Notes: generated by a model from the letters alone, not told the origin. A DNA stretch of 64,000 bases from Candidatus Heimdallarchaeota archaeon (GCA_019057635.1 DXJL01000056.1:1-64000), one strand, 5' to 3'; numbered from the stretch's first letter, positions 1-10,105 are shown. Numbers and translations are program-made.

Positions 1-278
1 GAATACCCTTGGACATTATAGGGTAATTTATGACATAGTAACAAATTTAGTTCATTTTTTAACTTTGAATAGTCTGTATCTGCTAGGAATAACTGAAGAC
101 GGGGTCCCCAGTGATGATCTGATGATATAGGATCATCAAACCCAAGTACCTCTGATCCAGGGCCGATTAATGCCGCATCATACCTCAGTGAAGGATAGTT
201 CTCAGTTAAAATTGGTTTAACTGCTTCTTCAAAAAAAAAATGACATAATTTCAATCCAGGAATAAAGGAAGGTGCCAT
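1..278 (-). CDS. DUF4037-like nucleotidyltransferase-fold protein, N-terminal part (runs off window edge)
   Basis: Not in ORF track. Manual translation from ATG at 278: MAPSFIPGLKLCHFFFEEAVKPIL...ALIGPGSEVLGFDDPISSDHHWGPRLQLFL, a typical DUF4037 N-terminus. Confidence 0.8.
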   Translation of the reverse strand, partial: MAPSFIPGLKLCHFFFEEAVKPILTENYPSLRYDAALIGPGSEVLGFDDPISSDHHWGPRLQLFLADTDYSKLKNELNLLLCHKLPYNVQGY

Positions 279-752
279 AAATTAATATTCTCTCCCATTG
301 ATTGCCACTTTGGGGCTAAGTCCTTGCATAAGGAGAGGGTTTCCCTCGAGCTTATAATAAATGCTAAACTGTGAAATCCTTTGAAAAGACATCACATTGG
401 ATAATAGAATAAGTATGCTGTTTAGAGAAGAGAGATTGATATACTCACCGTAAGATTTTGTTAATAGGGATTCACCTAATAGAAAAAAACCTTTTAACAG
501 AGATCAAATATTAATTTGAACAAATTATTTTGAGCAAATTTTCTAGATTGAGTATGGTTGAGAGAACAAAAAAATGAGAAAACCTAAGTCTTTCTTTTCA
601 GTTATTTTCTGTATTCTGGCGTTAATTAGTCCCTATTTCACTATTAGTGAAGTAACCGATTATGCTGGTCATAACTTCAGTGAAGATCACTTTGCGGTTG
701 AAATTGAAGTATAAAACCTGTTTGAATGTATTACTTGAGTTCAGTAAAATAC

Positions 753-1253
753 TTAGATCTGAATAACCATCTTTTTCATGAACTCTCTCCCTTCCATTTT
801 GTTCCAAAACCCTAGAGATTGGGGATTATTTGTAGCGACTAATAGTTCGATGTGATTCACCTGCTGAATCATGAACCAGGCTTTTATTGTCTCAAATAAT
901 ACTTTACCAATCCCTTGTCGTTTATGGCCTTCTTTAACGACAATATTATTGACCTGGCCAATTTTTTTCACTTGATATACAGGCGGTTTTTCAATTATCT
1001 GACCAACACAGAAACCGACAATCTGTTCACTGCGTAGCGCAACGTAGATTTTGAAATCATCCTGCTGGAAAATAGTAGTAATGTAGTTTATCCATATTTG
1101 ATCCGCCTCATTAATAGAAGCAAATATTGAGTCAACCTGCTCATGAAAGCTAATAGATTCAACAAAAATCTTTCGAACCGCGGTGAAATCTATTTCTGTT
1201 ATTTCTCGTATACGAACAGCCAAGAGTATCCCTTCATTCTTTTCAAGGGACAA
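753..1253 (-). CDS. GNAT family N-acetyltransferase
   Basis: Motif A VVKEGHKRQGIGKVL and NNPQSLGFWNKM. True start may be the later TTG. Confidence 0.9.
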   Translation of the reverse strand: MSLEKNEGILLAVRIREITEIDFTAVRKIFVESISFHEQVDSIFASINEADQIWINYITTIFQQDDFKIYVALRSEQIVGFCVGQIIEKPPVYQVKKIGQVNNIVVKEGHKRQGIGKVLFETIKAWFMIQQVNHIELLVATNNPQSLGFWNKMEGREFMKKMVIQI

Positions 1254-1346
1254 CGAGAATTCTTTAAAAATATTTGTACAAGTACGAATTCAAGATGCCA
1301 AAAATCATTTGGAATGATCAGATGATGGAAAATTCATTCCTTTTGA

Positions 1347-1955
1347 TCATCCATTAGCTTCTGTTTTCCTACTTAGATACCCACTGAGGATAAGAAAGCC
1401 TGTTAAGGTGGGATATATAATAAAGCGTTCCAGTGTACCCTTCATAAAACCTAAAAATGTTTGAGGATCTTCCACCTCCAAACCAAGATAGGGGAGAAAG
1501 AGAAAACTTGCTATAAGAATAGCTCCTCCTAAAACGCTCAAGGTAACAAGCATAAAGGATTGTTCGATTTTAACTGAGGAAACGAGAAAGATCGCAGCAA
1601 ACAAAAATACGAACCCGGTGAAAATTCCGTGAAAAGGAGGACTGTCTTCAGGAAAGATACCGACTCAGATAGCAGAAATAGCTGTGAGTAAAAGGAAAAG
1701 GGTGGGTACTCGTACTGCATATTCTTTGTAGAAAAAATATGCGCCTAAAAGGACACATAATCCGAGGATAAGGACAGTAGTATTGAAAAGGAACGCTGTT
1801 GTACCCACTCCTAATGAACTAACATAATAAAGACTTGAATTATAAGAATCTGCAATTCCTTCTGCAATTAACACAGTTATGATAAACTGGAGTGGACCAA
1901 AAAAGAGTAAAAATCCCAGAGCCTCCCGATTTCCGAATTTATTAGAAAAATTCAT
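1347..1955 (-). pseudogene. DUF998-like membrane protein interrupted by one in-frame TGA
   Basis: ORFs 1665..1955 and 1347..1604 share a frame. Read-through gives AISAI*VGIFPEDSPPFHG, matching the family motif GxGxFPE-H. YNSSLYYVSSLG near the N-terminus and GTLERF near the C-terminus. Confidence 0.75.
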
Positions 1956-2066
1956 TCATAAATCACCTTACGATAATATGAAGATTCCTAATGAGTTCAA
2001 AAAAGAAATGATCCCTGCACATAATATTACTTGGTCTTCTGTAGAAAAGACGATGGAATGAAATTC

Positions 2067-3035
2067 TCAAGTAATACCATTAGCAATTTTATATCCGTCC
2101 ACCTGCCATCCCAGGACCTCTTTCATCATTATTGTCGCGGTGGAAATCGGTTCTTTCCCAACAATTCGTCTAAAACCATTAATTCCCTTTAGTATTATTC
2201 GCATTGAAGTTTTCTGTAACTCAAATTCAGGTATGGTGGGTTTTATCTCTTGCATAATTACCTGATAGATATAGTTTATATCAGCTAGTTTATCCTTTTG
2301 TTCCGCTGATTCGAATATCCTCCAAGTCTGGTTGAAAATCGTCTGTGCCTCGTCTAATATACTCCTGGCTTCATTATCATAAATACATCCAAAGTGGGCT
2401 AAACTAATGCTGTCATAATCAATTTGTTTTAGTTTTTGAATTGTAGAAGCGAAATCATTCTTATTACAAAAAGGAGGCATAATTGCGGACAGAAAAGCAT
2501 TATTAGCTACTTTCATACCAATGGTATCACCGACAAAGAGATTTTTATTTTTCTCGTCAAGGATAGAAATTTGATCTTTTGTATGCCCAGGTGTGGTGAA
2601 TATCTTCAGTAAAAGCCCGTCTAGATCTACTGTATCTCCTTCTTTTAAGGAACCTACATCTTGAATATTCTGAAACCTCTCTTTTGCATGAAATACTTCA
2701 TTAAATGATTGATCAGTTAGTAAAGGGATAGCTGCCTCAGAGGCTAGCACCTGTATGGATTTTTGCTCTTTCATAGCTTTTTCTCTTAATAAAGGAACAC
2801 CTTGACAATGATCCCAATGAGAGTGAGTTAATAGGATGTAATCAGGTGGAAATACATTTAATTCTTTTAATTTCTTAATAATATGTGGAGCTCCTGTGGC
2901 AGTCCCACTATCGATTAAACACGTTTTTCCTGATTCAATCAGATAGACTCCTCCAACCCCAAAAACATCTGAAAAACCAAAATCAATCAAAGTAGTATCT
3001 GCATTTATTTTACCTGGTTCTCTAATTGCAGTCAT
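2067..3035 (-). CDS. MBL-fold metallo-hydrolase
   Basis: THSHWDHCQG, TPGHT, FVGD and AHFG motifs. Confidence 0.9.
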   Translation of the reverse strand: MTAIREPGKINADTTLIDFGFSDVFGVGGVYLIESGKTCLIDSGTATGAPHIIKKLKELNVFPPDYILLTHSHWDHCQGVPLLREKAMKEQKSIQVLASEAAIPLLTDQSFNEVFHAKERFQNIQDVGSLKEGDTVDLDGLLLKIFTTPGHTKDQISILDEKNKNLFVGDTIGMKVANNAFLSAIMPPFCNKNDFASTIQKLKQIDYDSISLAHFGCIYDNEARSILDEAQTIFNQTWRIFESAEQKDKLADINYIYQVIMQEIKPTIPEFELQKTSMRIILKGINGFRRIVGKEPISTATIMMKEVLGWQVDGYKIANGIT

Positions 3036-3213
3036 AGTTGAGATCCTCCATAACTCATAATATGATAGTCCTCTAGGTTAAAACGTTTTTGCGTTTTCAT
3101 TGTCTCCATTACAGAAAACTCGTGAGAAACGGATGTTAGAAACCCTTGAGGTTAGAAATACCAATTACAAAAAAAAAGATGAGCTGTCATTAAATCATCT
3201 GTAAAACAATCAA

Positions 3214-3280
3214 AAACTCCCCGAACTAGATAAAAAAGAAAGGAGATACCGCCTAGACGGTAATCTCAATACTAAGCTTG
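3214..3280. repeat. Direct repeat copy 1 (duplicate of the tfb 3' end and downstream flank)
   Basis: 62/67 identical to 4191..4257. Core GGAGATACCGCCTAGACGGTAATCTCAATRCTAAGCTTG is 38/39 identical. Confidence 0.95.
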
Positions 3281-3324
3281 TGCTGTTACTCCCAAAATTT
3301 TTTCAGTCAGGGATATCAATGTGC

Positions 3325-3738
3325 TCATCTGTAATTCCTTAGTATTAATCCTTTAATTCGATTAAAATGTTCAACGTTTGCGGTAAGAATAGGGAGATCT
3401 TCTACAAGGGCAATAGAGGCAATGGCTGTGTCTACAAATCCGATGTCTAATCCATTATCCACTAAATGAGCCCGAAGTTTTCCGTATTGTTTTGTATGCT
3501 CATGAGCAAAGGGTAAAACAGTCAACGTAGAGATTAGCGTTTCTAAGGCCATGGATCGTCTTTCCTGCCATTTTCTGCGATATCGTCCGTAATATAGTTC
3601 TGACACGGTAATTGTTGTCGTAACAATATACATTTCTTCTTTGAGGAGCTGAAAAGTTGCTCGTTTCGCAGGTAGGGTTCCAACCAGATAATCTGAAAGA
3701 TAATCAGTATCCACAATGATAGGTTGGTTTAATTCCAT
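3325..3738 (-). CDS. vapC: VapC PIN-domain toxin
   Basis: IIVDTD, TVSELYYG, GFVDTAIASIAL and LTANVEHF PIN motifs. Overlaps the upstream antitoxin gene. Confidence 0.92.
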   Translation of the reverse strand: MELNQPIIVDTDYLSDYLVGTLPAKRATFQLLKEEMYIVTTTITVSELYYGRYRRKWQERRSMALETLISTLTVLPFAHEHTKQYGKLRAHLVDNGLDIGFVDTAIASIALVEDLPILTANVEHFNRIKGLILRNYR

Positions 3739-3953
3739 GCCTGATGAGCTTCCTTCTTAAATTCCGCTAACTCATGATCGTTCAAGTCGGTTTTTAGGCT
3801 CCCAAAGATTTCTAGAAATCTTTCAACATCAGGTTTTGTCGTTAATCGGATGACAGTCTCACTAAACGACTCTCCCTCTTTTTTTGCCTTTTTCAGAAGA
3901 TGATACGCCTTGGGATTTAAACTGATCGTCTTATAGGTCATTTGGATCCTCAT
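3729..3953 (-). CDS. vapB: VapB-type antitoxin (DUF217-like)
   Basis: KTISLNPKAYHLLKKAKKEGESFSETVIRL signature, directly upstream of vapC. Confidence 0.9.
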   Translation of the reverse strand: MRIQMTYKTISLNPKAYHLLKKAKKEGESFSETVIRLTTKPDVERFLEIFGSLKTDLNDHELAEFKKEAHQAWN

Positions 3954-4190
3954 ATATTATTTCATCTATGAGCTTTATTTCTTTTCCTAGTAGCTTTAAA
4001 TTTCTCCCGAGTAATAGGTTGTTCAAAAAAGCAACTCTATACGCGAGAGGATTTACGTGGGTACTTCATTGGAAAATGAGGCTTTCCCCATTCTCTTCCC
4101 CCTTTTTTTTCTATCAAACTACCTAAAAGAAAAAAATTTCTGATTTTTGAAAAGTCGGTGAAATACCAATAAATCATCCGTAAGTATTTC

Positions 4191-4257
4191 AAACTCCCCG
4201 AATATGATAAAAAAGAATGGAGATACCGCCTAGACGGTAATCTCAATGCTAAGCTTG
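4191..4257. repeat. Direct repeat copy 2 (native tfb 3' end and flank)
   Basis: Matches 3214..3280 at offset 977 and contains the tfb TAG stop within a dyad. Confidence 0.95.
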
Positions 4258-5249
4258 CGTACAAGCTCTTTGTAGCGATTTCTCACGGTTACCTCTGTCA
4301 CATGTGCAACTTCGCTTATTTCCCGTTGTGTCCGTCGTTCCCCGTTGATTATTCCGCTGATATAGATTGCTGCAGCGGCTAGGCCGGTTGGGTCTTTCCC
4401 TGCTGTCAATCCCCCGGCTTTGGCGCGTTTTAGGATTTCTGCTGCTTTTCGTTGGCATACTCCTGAGAGTCGTAGTTCTGTTCCAAAGCGCACCAAATAG
4501 TCTATTGGGCTTGCTAACGGGATATTTAGGTATAGTTCGCGTAATAATAGTCGATAACAGCGTCCCAGTTCTTTTTTCGTGATTCGTGATTCTTTTGCGA
4601 TTTCATCGAGTGTTCTGGGGACTCGTCGTACCCGTGCGGATGCGTAGATCGTTGCTGCCACCATGGCTTCTATGGAGCGTCCGCGCACCAACCGTTTTTC
4701 TATTGCTTTTCTATAGATGATTGCGGATGTTTCTTTCACATTTCGTGGGATGCCTAGTTGTGATGCTAGCCGATCCATTTCTGACATTGCGAATGCCAGA
4801 TTTCGATCCATGGAGCTATGGACTCGTGTCCGTATCTGCCATTTTCGTAATCGGTAGATTTGTGCTCGTCGTGATGCGGTTAGTTTATTTCCGAATGTAT
4901 CTCGGTTTTCATATCCTATAATGGTTGATAATCCTTTATCATGTACTGAAAATGTGCTGGGCGATCCTACTCGACTTCGTTTATCTCGTTCTTCGCTATT
5001 AAATGCTCGCCATTCGGGTCCTTCATCTATTAATCGTGTTTCCAGTACGTAGCCGCATTTTTCACAGATCAATTCGCCTCTATTTTCATCTGCTACGATA
5101 TCTGTTGATCCACAGTTTTTACATTCGAGGATTTCTTCCTCGTCTTCTACTTGGCCTTTTTTCTGTGGTTTTGCTTTTGCCTCTTTCATAAGTGCCATTC
5201 CTGAGCGTTCCTTCTCTAACTTGTGATTTTCTGGTCGAGGCGTTAGCAT
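4230..5249 (-). CDS. tfb: Transcription initiation factor IIB
   Basis: Zn ribbon CKNC...CEKCG, GPEWRAF B-reader, two cyclin repeats, TEVTVRNRYKEL. Start may be a later ATG. Confidence 0.98.
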   Translation of the reverse strand: MLTPRPENHKLEKERSGMALMKEAKAKPQKKGQVEDEEEILECKNCGSTDIVADENRGELICEKCGYVLETRLIDEGPEWRAFNSEERDKRSRVGSPSTFSVHDKGLSTIIGYENRDTFGNKLTASRRAQIYRLRKWQIRTRVHSSMDRNLAFAMSEMDRLASQLGIPRNVKETSAIIYRKAIEKRLVRGRSIEAMVAATIYASARVRRVPRTLDEIAKESRITKKELGRCYRLLLRELYLNIPLASPIDYLVRFGTELRLSGVCQRKAAEILKRAKAGGLTAGKDPTGLAAAAIYISGIINGERRTQREISEVAHVTEVTVRNRYKELVRKLSIEITV

Positions 5250-5674
5250 TCCGTATTGGGATTCTCTGCTCTTTACGTTAGGGCTCTCTCACTTTAATGC
5301 GATAAATAAATGCGAGAATATTCTCTTTCTTGCTAAAACCACGGGGAAAATAAATTGCCACCTAGGGTGAGCGCCTGACCTCAATCACCACTGTACATAA
5401 TGCCTTTTTCCTTCTTTATAAACCTTTTCGCAAGACTTATATACCGTTTTTGCTGTTTAGGGTGTTCCTTTTTCCCTTTCCCACCTTGTTTGTACTTTTC
5501 CCTCCCCCTTTTTTAAGCAAATCGCTTTTCAATGTATTTTATTGTTATTATTGTAATTTATTACTTGTTTTACTAGAGAAATTCTCTTTTATCATCTTTA
5601 TCTTGACTATTCCCCGCTCGTTATTCTAGGTTAAAAAATGAGGGAAACGAGTTTTTTGCACTGGAAAACTCTGT

Positions 5675-5869
5675 TTAATTCTTCTTCTGTCGTCGATATA
5701 TCCTTGCAGAAGATATGATCGCTAGTAGCATTATGATAAACCCTGGAAAATTCCCCTTGCTAGAGGTGGTTATTTCTGTTGTTTCGCTGATCGATGTGGT
5801 GGTAGTGGTCGTTGTCGAGTATTTATTGTAAAGATAACCGTTATTTTTACCATGGTAGTCCTTCTTATT
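5675..5869 (-). pseudogene. Orphan C-terminus of a surface protein with a PGF-CTERM-like sorting signal
   Basis: Open frame with no start codon ahead of the sorting signal: ...YSTTTTTTTSISETTEITTSSKGNFPGFIIMLLAIISSARIYRRQKKN* (Thr-rich linker, PGF, hydrophobic segment, basic tail). Confidence 0.7.
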
Positions 5870-5924
5870 TCAGGGTGGGTCGTTCCATTTCTTGTAACAG
5901 ACTATGCTTCTCAATATCAGATGA

Positions 5925-6232
5925 TTCATCGCATTGGTGGTATTGGATATGTGTTGTATTTTATCACCACAACCGCGTATATCATTGATTCTGTTCCTGA
6001 AGATTCAAAGGGTAAGTAGGTGGGTGCATATCAACTAATTATGGGCCTTGCTACGTTCCTTGGTTCTTTATCTATGGGCGTAGTCACTGAATTTCTCATT
6101 CCTGTACTGAGTAAATGGCCAGCAATTTATACTCTTGTCCGTGTTGTTATGTTCTTACGGATCTTCGGTGGTTTAACCTTTTATTTTGTTGACGAACCTG
6201 CTAAACCAAATCTTTCACCCGAAATAAGATAA
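5925..6232 (+). pseudogene. C-terminal remnant of an MFS transporter with an in-frame TAG
   Basis: IGGIGYVLYFITTTAYIIDSVPEDSKGK*VGAYQLIMGLATFLGS..., an MFS TM10-12 pattern. TAG at 6017-6019. Left boundary approximate. Confidence 0.7.
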
Positions 6233-6316
6233 ATTTCCTCTTTCTTTCATCCAAAGAATTAAAATGTTTAATCGTCTAATGATTCGTAATTTCATTTCAT
6301 TACTGGGTGAATACAT

Positions 6317-6919
6317 TTGATCTCTGATGACGACCGTAAGAAAGCCTATGATGAAGGTTTGATTGTTAAAGAATCCGCTTTGGATTTACTTGGCCATTTC
6401 TCGACTGCAGCTGCTATTTTGGCAGGATTTTTCTTAACAGCCGCAATTTTTCTAGTCTCAGTAAATGCTGAAAGAATTGGTTCCAACCAGTACAGTTTTT
6501 TAGACGATCCCATCGGAGATCAGTTTGGTTTCATTGATACGATTCGTCAATCTTTACCCGATTCAATTATTACAGATTACTGGCCTAGTCATTATTCTTA
6601 TATGATTATAATCTTTATTCTCTTGTTTCTGCTTGCCATGTTTTCCTATGCATGCTATATCCAAGCAGGATTATCCCACATGAAAGTTCTTGAAGGAAAA
6701 AGCAGCACACTAGATCGTGTCTGGTTTTGGCAGAAATGGGGCTTACGCATTCTAATAATTGAATTATTTGCCGCTTTTATTTGTCTGCCTTGGGCTATTC
6801 TTCGGTTTGCATTTGAACATGCATTTTCATGGACTTTAATCCTTCTGTCTACTGTCCTTTTGTGTGGTGTTCTCCTTGGTGTGGGGATCAAACTAGTAAA
6901 AATTCGAAAGAAAAATTAA
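6317..6919 (+). CDS. Hypothetical multi-pass membrane protein
   Basis: 200-aa ORF with about 4 hydrophobic segments and a GGTGA SD-like motif upstream. Confidence 0.7.
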   Translation: MISDDDRKKAYDEGLIVKESALDLLGHFSTAAAILAGFFLTAAIFLVSVNAERIGSNQYSFLDDPIGDQFGFIDTIRQSLPDSIITDYWPSHYSYMIIIFILLFLLAMFSYACYIQAGLSHMKVLEGKSSTLDRVWFWQKWGLRILIIELFAAFICLPWAILRFAFEHAFSWTLILLSTVLLCGVLLGVGIKLVKIRKKN

Positions 6920-6935
6920 GAATCCTTCTTTCCTT

Positions 6936-8234
6936 GTGATACCAGAGGCATCTGTTTTGGTTTTGAATATTCGGCATCAATTGCTAGGATTTATGTCAAT
7001 CTCTCATTTTATTCATCATGTGCTATTGTATGCCTTTCCAGCTTTACTTATTCTCATTATTGATGACATTCCTCTCAACTATCTTGAAATGGGTATCTTA
7101 GGTTCTCTTCCTTCTTTAATCATGGCCTTTACCTCCCCATTAATCGGTTATTTAGGAAAAAAACCAGCCACAGGATTTTTCATTGTCCTTATAGGAGTCC
7201 TGCTTTTTGCTGTTTCCTGTTTTAGTATCACGATAGCCAATGACTTTTTTGGATTGTTTGTTGGAAATTTTATCCTTGGTCTTGGTTGTACAACTTATCA
7301 TCCGGTGGGATTAGGCGTTTGTGCGAATTCTTTCACAGAACACAATCGTGGAAAAGCCATGGCTATCAACCATGCAGCAGGTGTTATTGGGACTGCTGTG
7401 AGTCCTTTCAGTACCTTAACCCTGGCTATTTTTGTGTTCACATGGCGTGTAACCTATTTCTTCCTTGGAATATTTTGTGTACTTCTTGTCGTGGGCCTAA
7501 TGTTATGGGTTTTTCTTCAAAATCTGGTTACACGTTTTGAATCTTTAGTAGTAACGAAGGAAAAGAAGAAACCTGAAAGTAGTCCATCAAACAATCTTTC
7601 AATTCGTTCTTCTCCCCATCGAAACTGGATTTTAACTAGTTTAGTACTAATTATATTAATCAGCGCGTTAAGAGGAGGAGTTTATCGATCTATCAGCTAT
7701 TTTACAACAACTTTGCTAAAAAATTTCTATTCTGTGGATGCATTCTTTGCAGGAGTCTTAACCAGTTTGATCCTTTTATTTGGATCTATCTCTGATATCT
7801 ATGGTGCTGTTAAGTCAGATAGATTGGGTCCGCGTGGAAGAACGCGGATAATACTTATTTCGGCACTAATCTCTAGTATTGCGATCGTGGGACTAATTAT
7901 AGTTACTCTAGGTTTTTCGGAGATTTTGGTAATTATTTTCGGATTTTCTATCTTTGCTGTTGGTTTTTATTTGGCTGGAGGAACTTTGCAAGCATTACAG
8001 GCTGATTTAGTCCCTGCGAAAGATAGAACCTTTTTCTACTCAATTGTTTTTTCCCTAGGGCTTGTTATTAGCTCTATTTCTCCCACAGTTTTTGGTGCAT
8101 TACTTGATATGTTCCAGTCCCCAGTTGGTGGATTACTATTTATGCTATCACTGATGATTGCATCTTTTTTTATTACCGAGTTATTTCGACGACGGTTACA
8201 ATTCGCTGAAAGGAATGATTTATTCTCTCATTAA
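6936..8234 (+). CDS. MFS transporter
   Basis: About 12 TM segments, GLGCTTYHP, NRGKAMAINHAAG and SDRLGPRGR. Confidence 0.92.
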   Translation: MIPEASVLVLNIRHQLLGFMSISHFIHHVLLYAFPALLILIIDDIPLNYLEMGILGSLPSLIMAFTSPLIGYLGKKPATGFFIVLIGVLLFAVSCFSITIANDFFGLFVGNFILGLGCTTYHPVGLGVCANSFTEHNRGKAMAINHAAGVIGTAVSPFSTLTLAIFVFTWRVTYFFLGIFCVLLVVGLMLWVFLQNLVTRFESLVVTKEKKKPESSPSNNLSIRSSPHRNWILTSLVLIILISALRGGVYRSISYFTTTLLKNFYSVDAFFAGVLTSLILLFGSISDIYGAVKSDRLGPRGRTRIILISALISSIAIVGLIIVTLGFSEILVIIFGFSIFAVGFYLAGGTLQALQADLVPAKDRTFFYSIVFSLGLVISSISPTVFGALLDMFQSPVGGLLFMLSLMIASFFITELFRRRLQFAERNDLFSH

Positions 8235-8235
8235 A

Positions 8236-9006
8236 TTAAATGTAATAACTTGGTCCTCGGGAGCTTTCATCATCTGATGCGCCTTCTGCTTCCTCTGCTT
8301 GGTGAAGTAAGTCATTTTTCTGAACGGCTTCCTCTATGATTCTATCCAAATCTTCATACTTATAATCCAGTGAAAAGAGTTTTGCTAAGCGTTTCAATAG
8401 ATTTTTGCTGGCTAACGGGTCTGTACCAACAAGCGTTAATTTTCCAAGTAATCCGAAACTTCGTAAACCTTTTTCAGCTGCTAAGGCTGAGAATACACCA
8501 ACTGCTCCGGTTATTTCTCCTCCCTTCAATGGAGAGAGATCATACTCCTCTAACCATTTCATGGTTTCTTCATTATATCCGAATGCGGCGACTTCTGGAC
8601 CTTCTTCCAATGCCCTTAATCCACCTAGACACACAACAGTCTCAGCTTTCAGTTCAATGACGAAATCAAGTACTTCGTTTAGAACTTGAATAATGCCTAT
8701 ATCGTGAGGTTGTGCATCTCCTGTCAAAATTAATAAGTTCGGAGTCGATTTGGTTATGGCATAAATTTCCATACGAGCTAATTGACCAATCCCCTGTTCA
8801 TTGTCAATTTGGACAACGGGGGGGAAAAAGGAACTGTAAATACGGGCTATTTCAACACCGTCATACTGATCGACTAAGAAATTAGCTGCAATCTTCCCAA
8901 TTAGCCCCATACCAGGTAACCCTTGGATAACGACGGTAGGGGACTTTAGTTTTACTTCTGCTAGCTTATGAAAGTAGCTGAAAGAAGTTCCATTTGATTT
9001 GTTCAA
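8236..9006 (-). CDS. PAC2-family proteasome assembly chaperone
   Basis: QGLPGMGLIGKIA, LTGDAQP, CLGG and DPLAS motifs, C-terminal YYI. Confidence 0.92.
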   Translation of the reverse strand: MNKSNGTSFSYFHKLAEVKLKSPTVVIQGLPGMGLIGKIAANFLVDQYDGVEIARIYSSFFPPVVQIDNEQGIGQLARMEIYAITKSTPNLLILTGDAQPHDIGIIQVLNEVLDFVIELKAETVVCLGGLRALEEGPEVAAFGYNEETMKWLEEYDLSPLKGGEITGAVGVFSALAAEKGLRSFGLLGKLTLVGTDPLASKNLLKRLAKLFSLDYKYEDLDRIIEEAVQKNDLLHQAEEAEGASDDESSRGPSYYI

Positions 9007-9139
9007 TCTTGTGCCTCGGTTATCTGTTTGTCATTTCTATTTTATTGACTAGGTTGTGGAAAAAACATCTTAATTCTCTCAAATGGTTATTCGAGACAGA
9101 TAGATCTTTCTTTTTTGATGAAATAAGAAGATACCATCA

Positions 9140-10105
9140 TTAATAATCAAGAGGAGGGCCATCACGTATACCTTGAGGGGTAATATGGAATACAGCTTCT
9201 CGTTCTGCCAGTTCGGGAGAGTCAAATATTCGCGCAATACGGGCCGTCCCTCTTGATTTTCGTAATAAGATTCTATGGGTTGGTCTATGACCCCAAGCGA
9301 ATCCCAACGCAGGTTCTAAATTATTCGCCCCCGCAAATAAATTATCGGGATTACTGAGGATTTGGTTAGTTGTAATTATAGCCAAATTGTATGATTCAGC
9401 TAATCTTTGGAGGGTTTCTGCGTGGGCCATTAGTGTCTGTTGACGACGTGGAAGATTCTCTTTACCGGGAAATTCAGCACGAAAATGTGAGGCCATAGAA
9501 TCAATTATTATTAGTCGTACATTATTTTTCTCAAGCATTTTGTCTGCCTTATCTATGAGCTGTATCTGATGATCTGTATTATAGGCTCGACTCACAAGGA
9601 TATTCTCTAAATATGTCTTTGGATCATCTGTGTACGAATATGCCATCTCTGCTACTCGAGCTGGTGCAAAAGTATTTTCAGTATCTAAAAATAATGCTTT
9701 TCCTTCTAACCCGCCATCCTCTACCGATCTTTGAACATTTAAACATAACTGGAATGAAATTTGAGTTTTTCCTGTAGCAAATGCCCCACTAAACTCCGTT
9801 ATGGATCCTACTGTTATACCTCCTCCTAAGATATCATCTAGAGACTGGGAAGAGGTCGTAATTCTTGGTCTATCAAACTCTTTCTTTAATAATGATGCTG
9901 CGGTTGTCGGTTTATTCATTCCGATGATTTTTCGAGCCTGATTGACAGCCCTTTCTGCGGAAGACTTACTTACTTCACAGCGTTTCATTACTTCCGCAGG
10001 AGGAGTCGCAGCTAGTGCCATTAGACTGGGAAACTCTTCTTGAAGTCGGCCTCGTAGCTCTTTTGCTACAGTTAGCTGGGTAAAATCGTTGGTACTGCTC
10101 ATCAT
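9140..10105 (-). CDS. radA: RadA/Rad51-family recombinase, divergent (possibly a paralog)
   Basis: Walker A GAFATGKT, LDTENTF, LIIIDSMASHFRAEF, TNQ and RIFDSPEL, with an N-terminal helical domain. Confidence 0.85.
   Translation of the reverse strand: MMSSTNDFTQLTVAKELRGRLQEEFPSLMALAATPPAEVMKRCEVSKSSAERAVNQARKIIGMNKPTTAASLLKKEFDRPRITTSSQSLDDILGGGITVGSITEFSGAFATGKTQISFQLCLNVQRSVEDGGLEGKALFLDTENTFAPARVAEMAYSYTDDPKTYLENILVSRAYNTDHQIQLIDKADKMLEKNNVRLIIIDSMASHFRAEFPGKENLPRRQQTLMAHAETLQRLAESYNLAIITTNQILSNPDNLFAGANNLEPALGFAWGHRPTHRILLRKSRGTARIARIFDSPELAEREAVFHITPQGIRDGPPLDY

Noticed and set aside
231-240. Poly-A tract as a frameshift or phase-variation site
   Set aside because: The 10-nt run keeps the DUF4037-like frame intact (H-F-F-F).
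1665-1667. Selenocysteine at in-frame TGA codons (also 40716)
   Set aside because: The positions are not Cys-equivalent in known selenoprotein families, and I recognised no SECIS.
1-4200. Integron cassette array (co-oriented accessory genes plus a TA module)
   Set aside because: I could not find recurring attC-like RYYYAAC...GTTRRRY hairpins between genes, and there is no integrase.
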